64,000 bases of DNA, taken from the NCBI GenBank assembly GCA_038883795.1, contig JAVZLK010000003.1:1-64000 (forward strand). The letters are read 5' to 3'. The position numbers and the translations under genes are program-made. The DNA comes from Candidatus Bathyarchaeia archaeon (GTDB lineage Archaea; Thermoproteota; Bathyarchaeia; Bathyarchaeales; Bathycorpusculaceae). The notes beneath the pieces are model-generated. The model was given only the letters and a program-made list of their open reading frames with translations, ran no database searches and was not told the origin of the DNA. Positions 9,389-18,971 of this stretch are shown piece by piece (position 1 is the stretch's first letter; each line of letters starts with the position of its first letter).

Positions 9389-10722
9389 GGAAAATGCCAA
9401 CCATCAATTAGCTTTCCATTCATTTTGCGTTTTTCCATTCCATAACGCCTAAAAGGCTTTGTTAAATGCCTCTGGGACCTAGTTGATGTTATGTAAAGTC
9501 CCTTTCTTATTTCCCGTTTCATTTCAACCTCAACTTTTCCAATACTAGTATATCTAGAACCGCACTTTTCACATTTAAAACCCTTATCCTTCCCCATGGA
9601 TTTCAATCGTTTTCCACATTTAGTACACAACGGATTCCGATAAACAATTTTTGGCGCCAACTTTAACAGCCGAATTTTTTCAAGGTTTATAGTCAACGGA
9701 TTCTTCTTTGATGGTGCCCTTACACCGCCGTAAACTTCAACGTAATCCCCAACCAACAACTTCATTGCAACATGGCGAAGAGCACCCGTTGGTTCGTAGG
9801 CTGCGCAATCCACTTGAGCGGTATCGTCCTTAATTGAGAAAATCACGTGTCTTCGGGGAATCATTTTTGGATTCGTTGCCACGGTTCCTCTGGCTATGAC
9901 TGGATGGTAAGGCTTAACTTCGCTTAATTTTGCAACCCTTTTTAAATGTGCGTCTGTTCCTTGATTTGTACGGAAGATAACCCATCGCTCAACGGGCTCG
10001 AGAGGTTTAACCATAGTGAAAGCTTTCTTCACAATTTCTGGAGTTTCTCCTCTAATCCCAAAAAGAATGGGGTCTGGTCCCCTTGGCGTAATGATTACTC
10101 TGCGCTTTTCTTGGTCAACATTGTTAAACGTGTACGGCGCTGTAGCCTCATCCATTTCAAAAATTGAAGCCTCATCCACCTTCCTTTTTGAGCCATAATT
10201 TTCTGGAACACGATATGCAAGTATCTCATAAGTGTGGTCTCGGTTAAGGGTTTCGCCAACAGCTGCTAAACCGCCAATTATGCCTCTACCTTTTTTGAAG
10301 CCAACAGCTTCCGCCCCAAACTTTTTCAGAGTTTTTATGGCCTCTTTTAGGCTTACAATTCCAGTGATTGTATTCTTAGCAAAAATTTTGACCTCTTTTG
10401 GTATTCGAGCCCCTTTAAAGAAGACTATGCCTGGGTCTGTGCCTTTAAACTCTAAATCTGCATTCTCTTCCACCATGCTTATCGTTAATTCCTTAATTTC
10501 TTCCTCAAAATTTTCATCATATTGTATTCTTAAGCAGAGGGCTCCGTTTCCCCTTGTTTTCCATGGAACATTGGGATTTAACCTAATCAAGTTTGGGTAA
10601 TCAATAAAAGTGATATTCAATTTTTGTAGTTTTTCCACTAAGAGGGCGACAATGTAGGTTGTGCATCCTTTTCTTATGGAGTCTGTATCGTCCAATCCTA
10701 TGTGCATGGTTTGTTTTGTCAT
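9385..10722 (-). CDS. tiaS: tRNA(Ile2) 2-agmatinylcytidine synthetase
   Basis: HIGLDDTDS..GCTTY, RLNPNVPWKTRGN, PDPILFGIRG, TNQGTDAH, OB fold, Zn ribbon, RHLTKP. Confidence 0.95.
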   Translation of the reverse strand: MTKQTMHIGLDDTDSIRKGCTTYIVALLVEKLQKLNITFIDYPNLIRLNPNVPWKTRGNGALCLRIQYDENFEEEIKELTISMVEENADLEFKGTDPGIVFFKGARIPKEVKIFAKNTITGIVSLKEAIKTLKKFGAEAVGFKKGRGIIGGLAAVGETLNRDHTYEILAYRVPENYGSKRKVDEASIFEMDEATAPYTFNNVDQEKRRVIITPRGPDPILFGIRGETPEIVKKAFTMVKPLEPVERWVIFRTNQGTDAHLKRVAKLSEVKPYHPVIARGTVATNPKMIPRRHVIFSIKDDTAQVDCAAYEPTGALRHVAMKLLVGDYVEVYGGVRAPSKKNPLTINLEKIRLLKLAPKIVYRNPLCTKCGKRLKSMGKDKGFKCEKCGSRYTSIGKVEVEMKREIRKGLYITSTRSQRHLTKPFRRYGMEKRKMNGKLIDGWHFP

Positions 10723-10784
10723 TTATGGTGTCCCGTTCTTGATGAATAAAGAGGTTTATGTAAATAAAAAAGAGGAATTTTTTG

Positions 10785-11024
10785 TTATTTTGACTCTTCC
10801 ACAACAATCATTGTTAAAGTTGACCTAACCTTATCAAGTCTTCTTATCCGCCAAGTTACAATTTCCTTAAGTTTGTCCATGGTTTCTGCCCTAACCCTTG
10901 CAATGATGTCGTATACGCCATAAACAGCGAAAGCCTCGTCCACTCCCTCCACTTTCTTCAGGTCTTTTAGCACATCTGCTTCTGAGCCTATCTCAGTATT
11001 TATCAACACGAAGGCTGTTGGCAT
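10785..11024 (-). CDS. Lrp/AsnC ligand-binding domain protein (no HTH)
   Basis: AFVLINTEIG...VYGVYDIIARV...IRRLDKVRSTLTMIV; SD GAGGAGG upstream of ATG 11024. Confidence 0.9.
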   Translation of the reverse strand: MPTAFVLINTEIGSEADVLKDLKKVEGVDEAFAVYGVYDIIARVRAETMDKLKEIVTWRIRRLDKVRSTLTMIVVEESK

Positions 11025-11137
11025 GAAATCCTCCTCACTTAATGTTTTGTCTTTATGCATTAAAATATTTTGCTAAAATCGGAATAGCATGGATAGGCTT
11101 ATCTTCTATTTTAAGCATTAAACTATTAGGTTTTGGT

Positions 11138-12682
11138 ATGATGGAAAAAAGCGAAAATGCCATAACAAGCCGAGAGATGCGGGCATTAGAATTAAATAGT
11201 GAATATTTCGGTGTTTCCAGACTTCAGTTGATGGAAAATGCTGGGCATGACGTGGCTTTGGAGATTGCTTCACGATTTCAACCAGAAAAAAGCGTCGTAA
11301 TTTTTTGTGGATTAGGCGGAAATGGCGGCGACGGTTTTGTTGCCGCTAGACATCTTTCTTCGCTTGGCTTCAAAGTCACAGTAATTCTCGCTGGAAAAGC
11401 CAAAGAAATAACAGATCAAGCAGCCTTAAAAAACTGGGAAGCCCTACAATTTTTGAAGGAGACAATTCCAATTTACGAAGTTTATGATAGTGTGCTCATA
11501 CCAGAAGTAACTGCGGACATAGTGGTTGATGCCTTACTTGGAATAGGCACCAAGGGAAAACTGAGACCACCCATTTTGCAACTAGTCCAAAAAATTAATA
11601 CTATGAACGCCTTTAAAGTTGCAGTTGACGTGCCAACAGGAATCGACGCGGACACCGGAGAAGTTTTAGGAGAAACCGTCAAAGCCAACCTAACAATAAC
11701 CTTTCACAAAACAAAGAAGGGACTTGAAAAAGCAAAAGAGTACGTTGGAGAATTAAAAGTGAAAGAAATAGGGATACCAAAGGATTTTGAAAACTTTGCA
11801 GGACCAGGAGACGTTTCATTGGTCATCAAACCCCGCCCTTCAGAATCTCACAAAGGAGATTTTGGGCGCCTCCTCGTGATTGGTGGAAGCGAAAGCTTTT
11901 CAGGAGCTCCCGCATTCGTGGCTTTGGCTGCTCTACGGACTGGTGTAGATTTAGCTTATATTGCTGCGCCGGAGAAAACTGCTTATAACATTTCTTCCAT
12001 TTCACCAGATTTAATCACCATAAAGCTTGAGGGAAAGCACCTAAACATAAGCAATATACCCGTGTTGAAAACTTACATAGAAATATCCAACGCAGTCGTT
12101 TTGGGGCCGGGTCTTGGGTTGCATGTGGAAACGAGAGAAGCGGTAAAAGCTGTGGTCGAGGCTGTGGAAATGGCTGGGAAACCTTTGCTTTTGGATGCAG
12201 ATGGGCTTAAGGCTTTTTCAGAATTTAAGAGAAAGTTAAATGTGCCTTTAGTTTTAACGCCCCACGCTGGCGAATATGCCACACTCACAAGGAAGAAGCT
12301 TCCAGAAAGTTTGAAGGAAAGGGTTTATGAAGTGCAGAAAACAGCGGAAGAATTGGGCGCAGTAATACTATTGAAAGGACCGGTGGACATAATCTGCGAC
12401 GAAAAACGCTTCAAACTCAACTTTACTGGAAATCCGGGCATGACTGTTGGCGGAACAGGAGATGTGCTTTCAGGAATTGTTGGCGCCTTCTTATCCCAGC
12501 AGTGCGATCCGTTTGAAGCTGCTGTTGCCGGAGCCTTTGTTAATGGTGCTGCTGGAGACTTTGTTTATGAAAAGAAAGGCTATCATATGGTTTCTACTGA
12601 TTTGCTGCGGTGGATTCCAAAAGTTTTAGATGATCCCATGAGCCATTTGAAGGTGCGCCAAAAAAGTGCAAGAAAGAGTTAG
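11138..12682 (+). CDS. nnr: Bifunctional NAD(P)H-hydrate epimerase/dehydratase (YjeF/Nnr)
   Basis: LMENAG, GNGGDG, VDVPTG, HKGDFG, LDADGL, TPHAGE, GGTGDVLSG. Confidence 0.95.
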   Translation: MMEKSENAITSREMRALELNSEYFGVSRLQLMENAGHDVALEIASRFQPEKSVVIFCGLGGNGGDGFVAARHLSSLGFKVTVILAGKAKEITDQAALKNWEALQFLKETIPIYEVYDSVLIPEVTADIVVDALLGIGTKGKLRPPILQLVQKINTMNAFKVAVDVPTGIDADTGEVLGETVKANLTITFHKTKKGLEKAKEYVGELKVKEIGIPKDFENFAGPGDVSLVIKPRPSESHKGDFGRLLVIGGSESFSGAPAFVALAALRTGVDLAYIAAPEKTAYNISSISPDLITIKLEGKHLNISNIPVLKTYIEISNAVVLGPGLGLHVETREAVKAVVEAVEMAGKPLLLDADGLKAFSEFKRKLNVPLVLTPHAGEYATLTRKKLPESLKERVYEVQKTAEELGAVILLKGPVDIICDEKRFKLNFTGNPGMTVGGTGDVLSGIVGAFLSQQCDPFEAAVAGAFVNGAAGDFVYEKKGYHMVSTDLLRWIPKVLDDPMSHLKVRQKSARKS

Positions 12683-13178
12683 AATTGTTGTCTATCACGC
12701 TGGACAATGCGACCCCAAAAAGTGTACAGCCTTAAAACTTAAACGTCACGGGCTAATTCGCATTGTGAATCACATAAAGTTCTTGCCGAAAAGGGCTGTT
12801 GTTCTTAATCCCTTTTCTGAAATAGCCTTTTCTCCAGCAGATAGACAACGCATAGAAAAATTTGGATTAGCCGCCTTAGATTGCAGCTGGGAACACGCCC
12901 AAAAAGTTTTGTCAAAACATGTGAGGGGAACCGCCCGTTGCCTACCAGTTTTGGTTGCTGGCAACCCAGTCAACTTTGGCAAGCCAACTCAACTGAGTAC
13001 TGTTGAGGCTTTGGCTGGAGCCTTATACATAGCTGGGTTCAAAGAGGAAGCCGTTAAGCTTTTATCCATATTTAAGTGGGGACACACGTTCATCGAAATA
13101 AACAGGGATAAGCTTGAAAGCTACGCAAAGGCAAAAGAGAGGGGTGACATTATAAAATTGCAGGAGAGATTCATTTAG
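12666..13178 (+). CDS. tsr3: 16S rRNA aminocarboxypropyltransferase Tsr3
   Basis: QCDPKKCTA, LDCSW, LVAGNPVNFGKP, LSTVEALA, FKWGHTF. Confidence 0.93.
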   Translation: MQERVRIVVYHAGQCDPKKCTALKLKRHGLIRIVNHIKFLPKRAVVLNPFSEIAFSPADRQRIEKFGLAALDCSWEHAQKVLSKHVRGTARCLPVLVAGNPVNFGKPTQLSTVEALAGALYIAGFKEEAVKLLSIFKWGHTFIEINRDKLESYAKAKERGDIIKLQERFI

Positions 13179-13179
13179 T

Positions 13180-13752
13180 ATGAATGATGTTGAGAACGGG
13201 GAAGGGTGCGAAGCTGTTTTGGCTGCTGCTAATCCACTTCTTGGTCGTGGAGTATTTGTTTTTCTCAAATTACCAGAATCTTGGAGTCTCCTTAAGACGT
13301 CTATGTCGCCTGAATGTAATGCTTTGGGAAGGGAAATTGTTGGAAATGGATTTAGGTGGATAACTTCGGGCTTTATTCACGCTATCCTAGTTGATGAGCA
13401 AAAAAATCATGCGTATCCCCTCTTTCTAGAAGTTAAAGAACTCTTTGACCATGAGAAGGCTTTGGAAATCATCCGGAAAAGATTTGATAAACTTGTTAGG
13501 GAAAGCGAACATGTTGAAATGAAAAAATTACATACTAACGGTCATGAAGCGCAATATGCTACCTGGGTTAGTCAAAAAAAGATGTTTTTGAAACGAGAAA
13601 AAGTGGTTCTCGCCCATTTGGAGTATGCAACTTACTGTGATGCTACAAAAAGGCTTATGCTTTTCAGAATTTCAAGCAGTCATATTGGAAATTTCATGGA
13701 AGACAAGGAGAAAATGCTCTCTATATTATCCTCCCTTACATGCCACTTCTAA
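13180..13752 (+). CDS. Hypothetical protein (possibly PsbP/Mog1-like fold)
   Basis: 190-aa ORF directly after tsr3; LKLPESW start, NGHEA strand and ILSSLTCH end resemble the PsbP-fold pattern (by eye only). Confidence 0.55.
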   Translation: MNDVENGEGCEAVLAAANPLLGRGVFVFLKLPESWSLLKTSMSPECNALGREIVGNGFRWITSGFIHAILVDEQKNHAYPLFLEVKELFDHEKALEIIRKRFDKLVRESEHVEMKKLHTNGHEAQYATWVSQKKMFLKREKVVLAHLEYATYCDATKRLMLFRISSSHIGNFMEDKEKMLSILSSLTCHF

Positions 13753-14395
13753 TTTGCTCCAGAGCATTTCCACATGCAGAAGCGAGACTAAGGAGTTGAT
13801 GAATAACATTTTCTTTCATAGAGCAAGATAAGAGCAAGTGTGGTTCTTCGCCTGTTATGGATAATCTATCTATTTCGCTGTCAAGCTTGACAATCTCTCG
13901 GACAAAATTTCTGTCGGATAGAAACTCTAATGCTCTATCCGGATTTGAACCAGCTAGAAAGAAGTGTTCTGAAAGCTTCTCGTGCTGAAGCTCCTTATAA
14001 TTTGATTTTTGAACTAATTCTCTATGTATTTTTGTTCCCTTTTTAACAATTTCTAGTGAAAAATTTGGGACAATTTCAAAATTTGACTTTATCACGATGG
14101 TGTCGTGTTTTCCCATGTATTTTGAGATTAAATAATAGAGAGGTATTTCTCTGCTCATTAAAATTATCGAGATTTCAAGTTTTTTAAGCTGGTTTTTTGC
14201 TGGTTTACAAGCGATTTTGAAACCGCTAGATCCTAATCCTTGGAAAGCAACTTTTTTAGAATATGGCTTTATCTCTTCTGAAAGTGTCTTCCATATTTTC
14301 TTCTGAATTTTGTAGTTGTATCTGCTTCCAATAGAATAAGCGGCTGTAAATGCTAAAGCTAAGATTATTATTATGTATATTTCCAATTCTGGCAT
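13736..14395 (-). CDS. Single-pass membrane protein, possible DUF1682/CCDC47-like
   Basis: SD GGAGGA upstream of ATG 14395; N-terminal TM helix then IGSRYN...LMSREIPL...DTIVIK. Product assignment is tentative. Confidence 0.6.
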   Translation of the reverse strand: MPELEIYIIIILALAFTAAYSIGSRYNYKIQKKIWKTLSEEIKPYSKKVAFQGLGSSGFKIACKPAKNQLKKLEISIILMSREIPLYYLISKYMGKHDTIVIKSNFEIVPNFSLEIVKKGTKIHRELVQKSNYKELQHEKLSEHFFLAGSNPDRALEFLSDRNFVREIVKLDSEIDRLSITGEEPHLLLSCSMKENVIHQLLSLASACGNALEQIRSGM

Positions 14396-14509
14396 TTTAC
14401 TTTTTATCCTCCCATTTAAGGAGAAACATAACTTGAGAGTCCGAATATTATTAATCACCGCAAGTTTTAAGTTTAAAGCGAATAAATAAAAAACTTTTGA
14501 GGTATAAAA

Positions 14510-16240
14510 ATGGAAATCTATCCAGCGTACTTTGTGTTATTAGGGCTAATAGTCTACCTCATTGCTTACTTCTTCTATGCCAAGCGTTACGACAAAAAAA
14601 TATGGAATCCAGACCCAAAAGCTACAACACCAGCGCACATGTATATGGACGGAGTAGAGTTTTTCCCATCGAGCAAATACGTCCTATATGGCTTTCAGTT
14701 TAAGGGCATCGCTGGAGCTGCTCCCATTGTGGGTCCTTGGGTTGCTTTGGTCTTCGGTTGGCTTCCAGCATTGTTATGGATTCTCTTTGGCAATTTCTTC
14801 ATAGGCTGGATACATGATTATGGCTCTTTATTTACATCTGTGAGGAATGAGGGTAAAACATTAGGACCATTAACCTATGAGTTGATCAGTCCAAGGGCCA
14901 GGTCATGCCTAATGGGCTTCCTTCTATTCTACCTAATCACGATAGTCTCAGCCTTTGATTATGTGATTGGCATGCACTTTAACGTACATATGGGGGCTTT
15001 ACTGTTTACGCTGTTCGTATTCATAGCCGGAGTCATAAGCGGTCTTCTGTTATACAAATTGAAAGTTCATATTATAGCATCAACTATCATTGGAATTATA
15101 ATTATGATAATCGGACTATACGTGTCCGCTTATGTGGCCCCATTCAAAGTCGGCTTCGAACTAGGAATTTTCATAGCAAGCATTATATGCTTTATATCGG
15201 CTATCCTACCGTTAATTTGGTTCGCACAGCCAACAAACTATATGGCGTTCTATCCATGCTTTATAGGCATAGTATTGCTTCTGATAGGCGAACTTGCATC
15301 TCCAATAACTGGTATAAGTGTCGGGCCTCCGCCGTTGACGGAAAATTGGTATTACCCCGGATTTACCACCGGACCCATATGGCCCATATTATTTGTTAGC
15401 ATCGCATGCGGCGCAATTTCCGGTTGGCACAGCTTGGTGAGCACATCGGGCAGCGCTAGACAACTTGACGTTGAAACAGATGCGTTACCTATAGGTGCTG
15501 GAGCAATGTTGACGGAGGGAGTTCTAGCCCTTACAGCGTTAGGAGCTTATATGTCAATAACTAGATCGGAAGTGGTAGCTGCAGGGTATGCATGGGGAGC
15601 GCACACCGCATTCGCCTATGGAGCAAGTAAGGCTGTGTCACCACTCTTTATGACAACATGGGATCATCCATTGTTAATAACATTTTACGGATCATTTATA
15701 GTGTTATATGCCATCACCATAAACCAATTAGCTATTCGATTTTTCAGACTTGCGATAACTGAAATAACAGCACCAAGTCCATCACTAAGACTCATTATAG
15801 GAAATAAATACGTAGCCTCCATAATAGGGCTCGCAATAAGCTTCGGACTAGCTTGGTCTGGGGCTTGGGCAAACTTGTGGACAATATTTGGAGGAGCGAA
15901 CCAATTAATGGCTGGCTTAGCGTTACTTCTGGTATCCGTTTACTTAGCAAATATAAAGAAGCCAACAAAATATAATCTTGGCCCAGCCATATTTATGACT
16001 GCAACATGCCTTACCGCATTGGTTTGGGAAGCAGCAATATTCTTTGATGCAATAAGCAGAGGAAAATACATATGGACAGTGTATCCCGGTATCACCGCAC
16101 CAGGCCCAGAAGTTCAACTGGCATTTAATGCTATATTCGGAATTATAGCAATAGTATTATTCATATTAGGAATAATAGTAGCACATGATAGTTTTAGGGC
16201 CCTGTCCAAAGCTTGGAAAGCCAGAAAAGAATCCCAATAA
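14510..16240 (+). CDS. cstA: Carbon starvation protein A (CstA) family transporter
   Basis: TPAH..DGVEF, IAGAAPIVGP, GWLPALLW, IGWIHDYG, PILFVSIACGAISGWHSLVSTSGS, FGGANQLMAGLAL. Confidence 0.95.
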   Translation: MEIYPAYFVLLGLIVYLIAYFFYAKRYDKKIWNPDPKATTPAHMYMDGVEFFPSSKYVLYGFQFKGIAGAAPIVGPWVALVFGWLPALLWILFGNFFIGWIHDYGSLFTSVRNEGKTLGPLTYELISPRARSCLMGFLLFYLITIVSAFDYVIGMHFNVHMGALLFTLFVFIAGVISGLLLYKLKVHIIASTIIGIIIMIIGLYVSAYVAPFKVGFELGIFIASIICFISAILPLIWFAQPTNYMAFYPCFIGIVLLLIGELASPITGISVGPPPLTENWYYPGFTTGPIWPILFVSIACGAISGWHSLVSTSGSARQLDVETDALPIGAGAMLTEGVLALTALGAYMSITRSEVVAAGYAWGAHTAFAYGASKAVSPLFMTTWDHPLLITFYGSFIVLYAITINQLAIRFFRLAITEITAPSPSLRLIIGNKYVASIIGLAISFGLAWSGAWANLWTIFGGANQLMAGLALLLVSVYLANIKKPTKYNLGPAIFMTATCLTALVWEAAIFFDAISRGKYIWTVYPGITAPGPEVQLAFNAIFGIIAIVLFILGIIVAHDSFRALSKAWKARKESQ

Positions 16241-16242
16241 TC

Positions 16243-16262
16243 CCCTTCTTTTCTTTTCTTTT
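16243..16262 (+). terminator. Pyrimidine/oligo-T tract between convergent cstA and ArsA-family genes
   Basis: CCCTTCTTTTCTTTTCTTTT immediately after the cstA stop codon; resembles an archaeal U-rich terminator. Confidence 0.4.
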
Positions 16263-17283
16263 AAACTGGTAATTCTCCTGAAACCAGCGCATCAGACACC
16301 TTTTTAATCATGTCAAGTCCAGTTACTTCTGTTGGAAACATCGGTATGTAGGCTCTAACAAGTTCGCCTAAATCCTTATGGATAATCCGCATGTATCCTT
16401 GCTGTTCCTTAAACTTGTTTGTTAGGTAGTCCGTTACTCCCGAACCCTTAACAACGCTTTCTGGCATAACCATGTTAACAAATACTCCGCCAACAGGGAT
16501 GTCAAATGCTTCAACCATATTAATGAATCTCTTAACAACAGCTATAGGTAAGGCTAATGGAATTGTAACGAAGAAAAAGGCTGTCTTTTCACTATCGCTT
16601 AGCAGAATTCTGGCACTTTTCATCCTCTGATTCATGCTTAACAAATCGGCCAGCATAGGGTCTTTCTTGACTTCCTCCATGATCTTATCCTTTCTGAAGG
16701 AAAGCTTCACCCTAAGCGATAGAGCCTCCTCTCTGCTCTTGATCATTCTACTAAGCCATAAACCATAGATTTTGCTTAGTCCTAAAAGCCTAACAGCGTT
16801 GGCTACTGCAGCGCAGTCAAAAACTATTCTGTCATATTCTTCGCCCTGCTTAATCATAATGTCAACCATGTCATCAAACATTGCTGATTCTTCAAAGGCT
16901 GGATTTGTTGTGGCAACCTCTATAAACGGGTCTGGGTTGATGGGTATGTCGGCCCACTTCATAAATTCTCTAAGCCTACGGGCAATTTGCTCCCTATACT
17001 TATTCACGGTTTCCGAGATGTCCACTTCGCAAGCCCATAGATTATTAATGCCTTTAACTGGTTTTATTTGACCGCCCCAGAGTTCTTGGCCGAAAACGCT
17101 TGATAAGGAGTGGACAGGATTCAATGATACAAGAAGGGTTTTTTCACCCTTCTCTGCGAAATGATAGGCGATGCCAGCAGCGCAGATGGTTTTGCCAACT
17201 CCTCCTTTGCCGCCGGTAAACATGAACTTTAAGTTTGGCTTTGACTGGATAAAGTCGATAAAGTTTTCACCCATGAATGTCAC
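16261..17283 (-). CDS. ArsA/Get3 family ATPase, degenerate switch motifs
   Basis: P-loop GGKGGVGKT; switch I SLNPVHSL; switch II FDCAAVAN; single nucleotide-binding domain. Confidence 0.9.
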   Translation of the reverse strand: MTFMGENFIDFIQSKPNLKFMFTGGKGGVGKTICAAGIAYHFAEKGEKTLLVSLNPVHSLSSVFGQELWGGQIKPVKGINNLWACEVDISETVNKYREQIARRLREFMKWADIPINPDPFIEVATTNPAFEESAMFDDMVDIMIKQGEEYDRIVFDCAAVANAVRLLGLSKIYGLWLSRMIKSREEALSLRVKLSFRKDKIMEEVKKDPMLADLLSMNQRMKSARILLSDSEKTAFFFVTIPLALPIAVVKRFINMVEAFDIPVGGVFVNMVMPESVVKGSGVTDYLTNKFKEQQGYMRIIHKDLGELVRAYIPMFPTEVTGLDMIKKVSDALVSGELPV

Positions 17284-18278
17284 CTCTCATGCTTCCAACC
17301 AAATAAATCTTCAGCAACCTTAGCTATCATCTTTAAGCCTTTAGGCTCCCTATCGTACATTGGAACAACCGCTCTAATATATGGCTCAAATTTTTCCCAA
17401 ATAACCTTCATGTACCTCTGCTGCATCTCAATCCTATTTTTTAAAAATTCGCTTAAATCCTTCTTTTTAAGAAGTTCCGGAGGATAAACTTGATTTACAA
17501 TTATTCCACTTAAGTTCAGCTTCATAGCCTCAAACATTTTAAGCGCCCTTTCAGTATCTAAAATCGCCATATTCTCAGGAATTAGAACCATAAAGAAAGC
17601 TGTTCTTTTAGAGTCTGTTAAGACACTGCTGAAAAAGTCGAGTTTTTCTCTTATTTCCGTCAAATCCTTAAGTATAACATCTTCCCTTTCCGCCTCTGTC
17701 CGCCCTCTAAGCGCAGCCATTGCCTCATCATATTCCTTAGCTTTCATTCGTGCTTCGGTAATTTTGTCTATCCAAGCATCCAGTATAAGCGCCATACTAA
17801 CCATACGAATACCGTGACCAAATGGAGGCATGTCAAAAATGTAATAGTCATATTCCCTTTTCGCCATTAACTCAGCCATAGCATCATATGTTGCAGATTC
17901 GTGCATGGCTGGTTCAGAGGCAGCAGACTTAATATACTCATCAATTTCTTTTGGGAGTTCTTCCAGATTATACATATCCATTATTTTCTTTCTGACACTT
18001 TCTAAATAGTCATTAACCCTTTTGTCAGCATCTATCTCAAGCACGTGGAGATTTGGAGCAAAAGCTTGTATACCTTTTCCGTAAATGTCACGTTCAAATA
18101 TGTCGCTAAGAGAGGCTTGAGGGTCTGTGCTAAAGCATAAGGCTCTTTTGCCATGTTCAGCCAACCAGTAGGAAGTTGCAGCACTAAAAGTTGTCTTGCC
18201 AAGTCCCCCTTTCCCAGCAAAAATAACACAGTTCAGTTCGGGTCTCCTCTCAAAAAATTCTTTCATTGTTTCAGGCAT
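17280..18278 (-). CDS. ArsA/Get3 family ATPase
   Basis: P-loop GKGGLGKTT; switch I STDPQASL; switch II FDMPPFGH; IIVNQV. Confidence 0.92.
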   Translation of the reverse strand: MPETMKEFFERRPELNCVIFAGKGGLGKTTFSAATSYWLAEHGKRALCFSTDPQASLSDIFERDIYGKGIQAFAPNLHVLEIDADKRVNDYLESVRKKIMDMYNLEELPKEIDEYIKSAASEPAMHESATYDAMAELMAKREYDYYIFDMPPFGHGIRMVSMALILDAWIDKITEARMKAKEYDEAMAALRGRTEAEREDVILKDLTEIREKLDFFSSVLTDSKRTAFFMVLIPENMAILDTERALKMFEAMKLNLSGIIVNQVYPPELLKKKDLSEFLKNRIEMQQRYMKVIWEKFEPYIRAVVPMYDREPKGLKMIAKVAEDLFGWKHER

Positions 18279-18301
18279 CGTAGCTCTCCTCTTTTAACGT
18301 T

Positions 18302-18574
18302 TTAATAAAGTGAGTCTGTAAAGTCCCTTTCCTTAAAAAGCCTTCTCTGCCAAGATTTTATGTTTGGAACAGCATAGGGAAGAAGTTTCAAAGAATAATA
18401 GGGTGGAAGCAGTGGAATGCCAAGCATATCCCCCAATGTGATTAGCATAAAAAGATGCTCTAAGTACATCCTAGTTTTTAGGGCATATCTTACCATATCA
18501 TGCATAGCCATGCCATAAACAAGCTCTTTAACAGCTTTCTTTGCCTCTGATTCGCCCTTCTTTTCTTTGCTCAT
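18302..18574 (-). CDS. Small CstA/ArsA-associated protein (cory-CC-star-like), paralog 1
   Basis: LFMLITLGDMLGIPLLPPYYSLKLLPY...W motif and gene context. Confidence 0.75.
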   Translation of the reverse strand: MSKEKKGESEAKKAVKELVYGMAMHDMVRYALKTRMYLEHLFMLITLGDMLGIPLLPPYYSLKLLPYAVPNIKSWQRRLFKERDFTDSLY

Positions 18575-18622
18575 AGTTTCTCACATCAAAAGACTAATAC
18601 ATAACCTAAAATAAAGCTTACC

Positions 18623-18895
18623 CTAATGTTCTTTTAATTTTTCCGTAATATCAACTTCCTGAAGCATATACCTAGTCCAATTTGAAAGTTTAAGAAACCA
18701 AAAAGGGAGCAGTTTGAAACGATAGTAGCCTCCCACTGGATATCCAAACAAGTCTCCTAACACAGCCAACATTAACCCATACTCAGCAAGTAACTTCCTC
18801 TCTTCAAGTTCTTTGATGGCATCATACACTGTTGCTCCAATGATGAAGTCTTTGATTTTCCGCCAAAATCCTAATCCTTCAGCCTTAGCAGACAA
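18623..18895 (-). CDS. Small CstA/ArsA-associated protein (cory-CC-star-like), paralog 2
   Basis: TTG start at 18895 with upstream GGAAGGA; LMLAVLGDLFGYPVGGYYRFKLLPFW aligns by eye with paralog 1. Confidence 0.7.
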   Translation of the reverse strand: MSAKAEGLGFWRKIKDFIIGATVYDAIKELEERKLLAEYGLMLAVLGDLFGYPVGGYYRFKLLPFWFLKLSNWTRYMLQEVDITEKLKEH

Positions 18896-18971
18896 GAAAA
18901 TCCTTCCGCACAATTTAAAAGTAAACATGAATATAGCTGTATTGGTTGCCATACGGGAGGTTAACCACAAA

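Noticed and set aside
16261-18278. Arsenic resistance operon
   Set aside because: No arsB/acr3/arsC/arsR/arsD nearby; the ATPases are single-domain and lack evident metalloid-binding cysteines.
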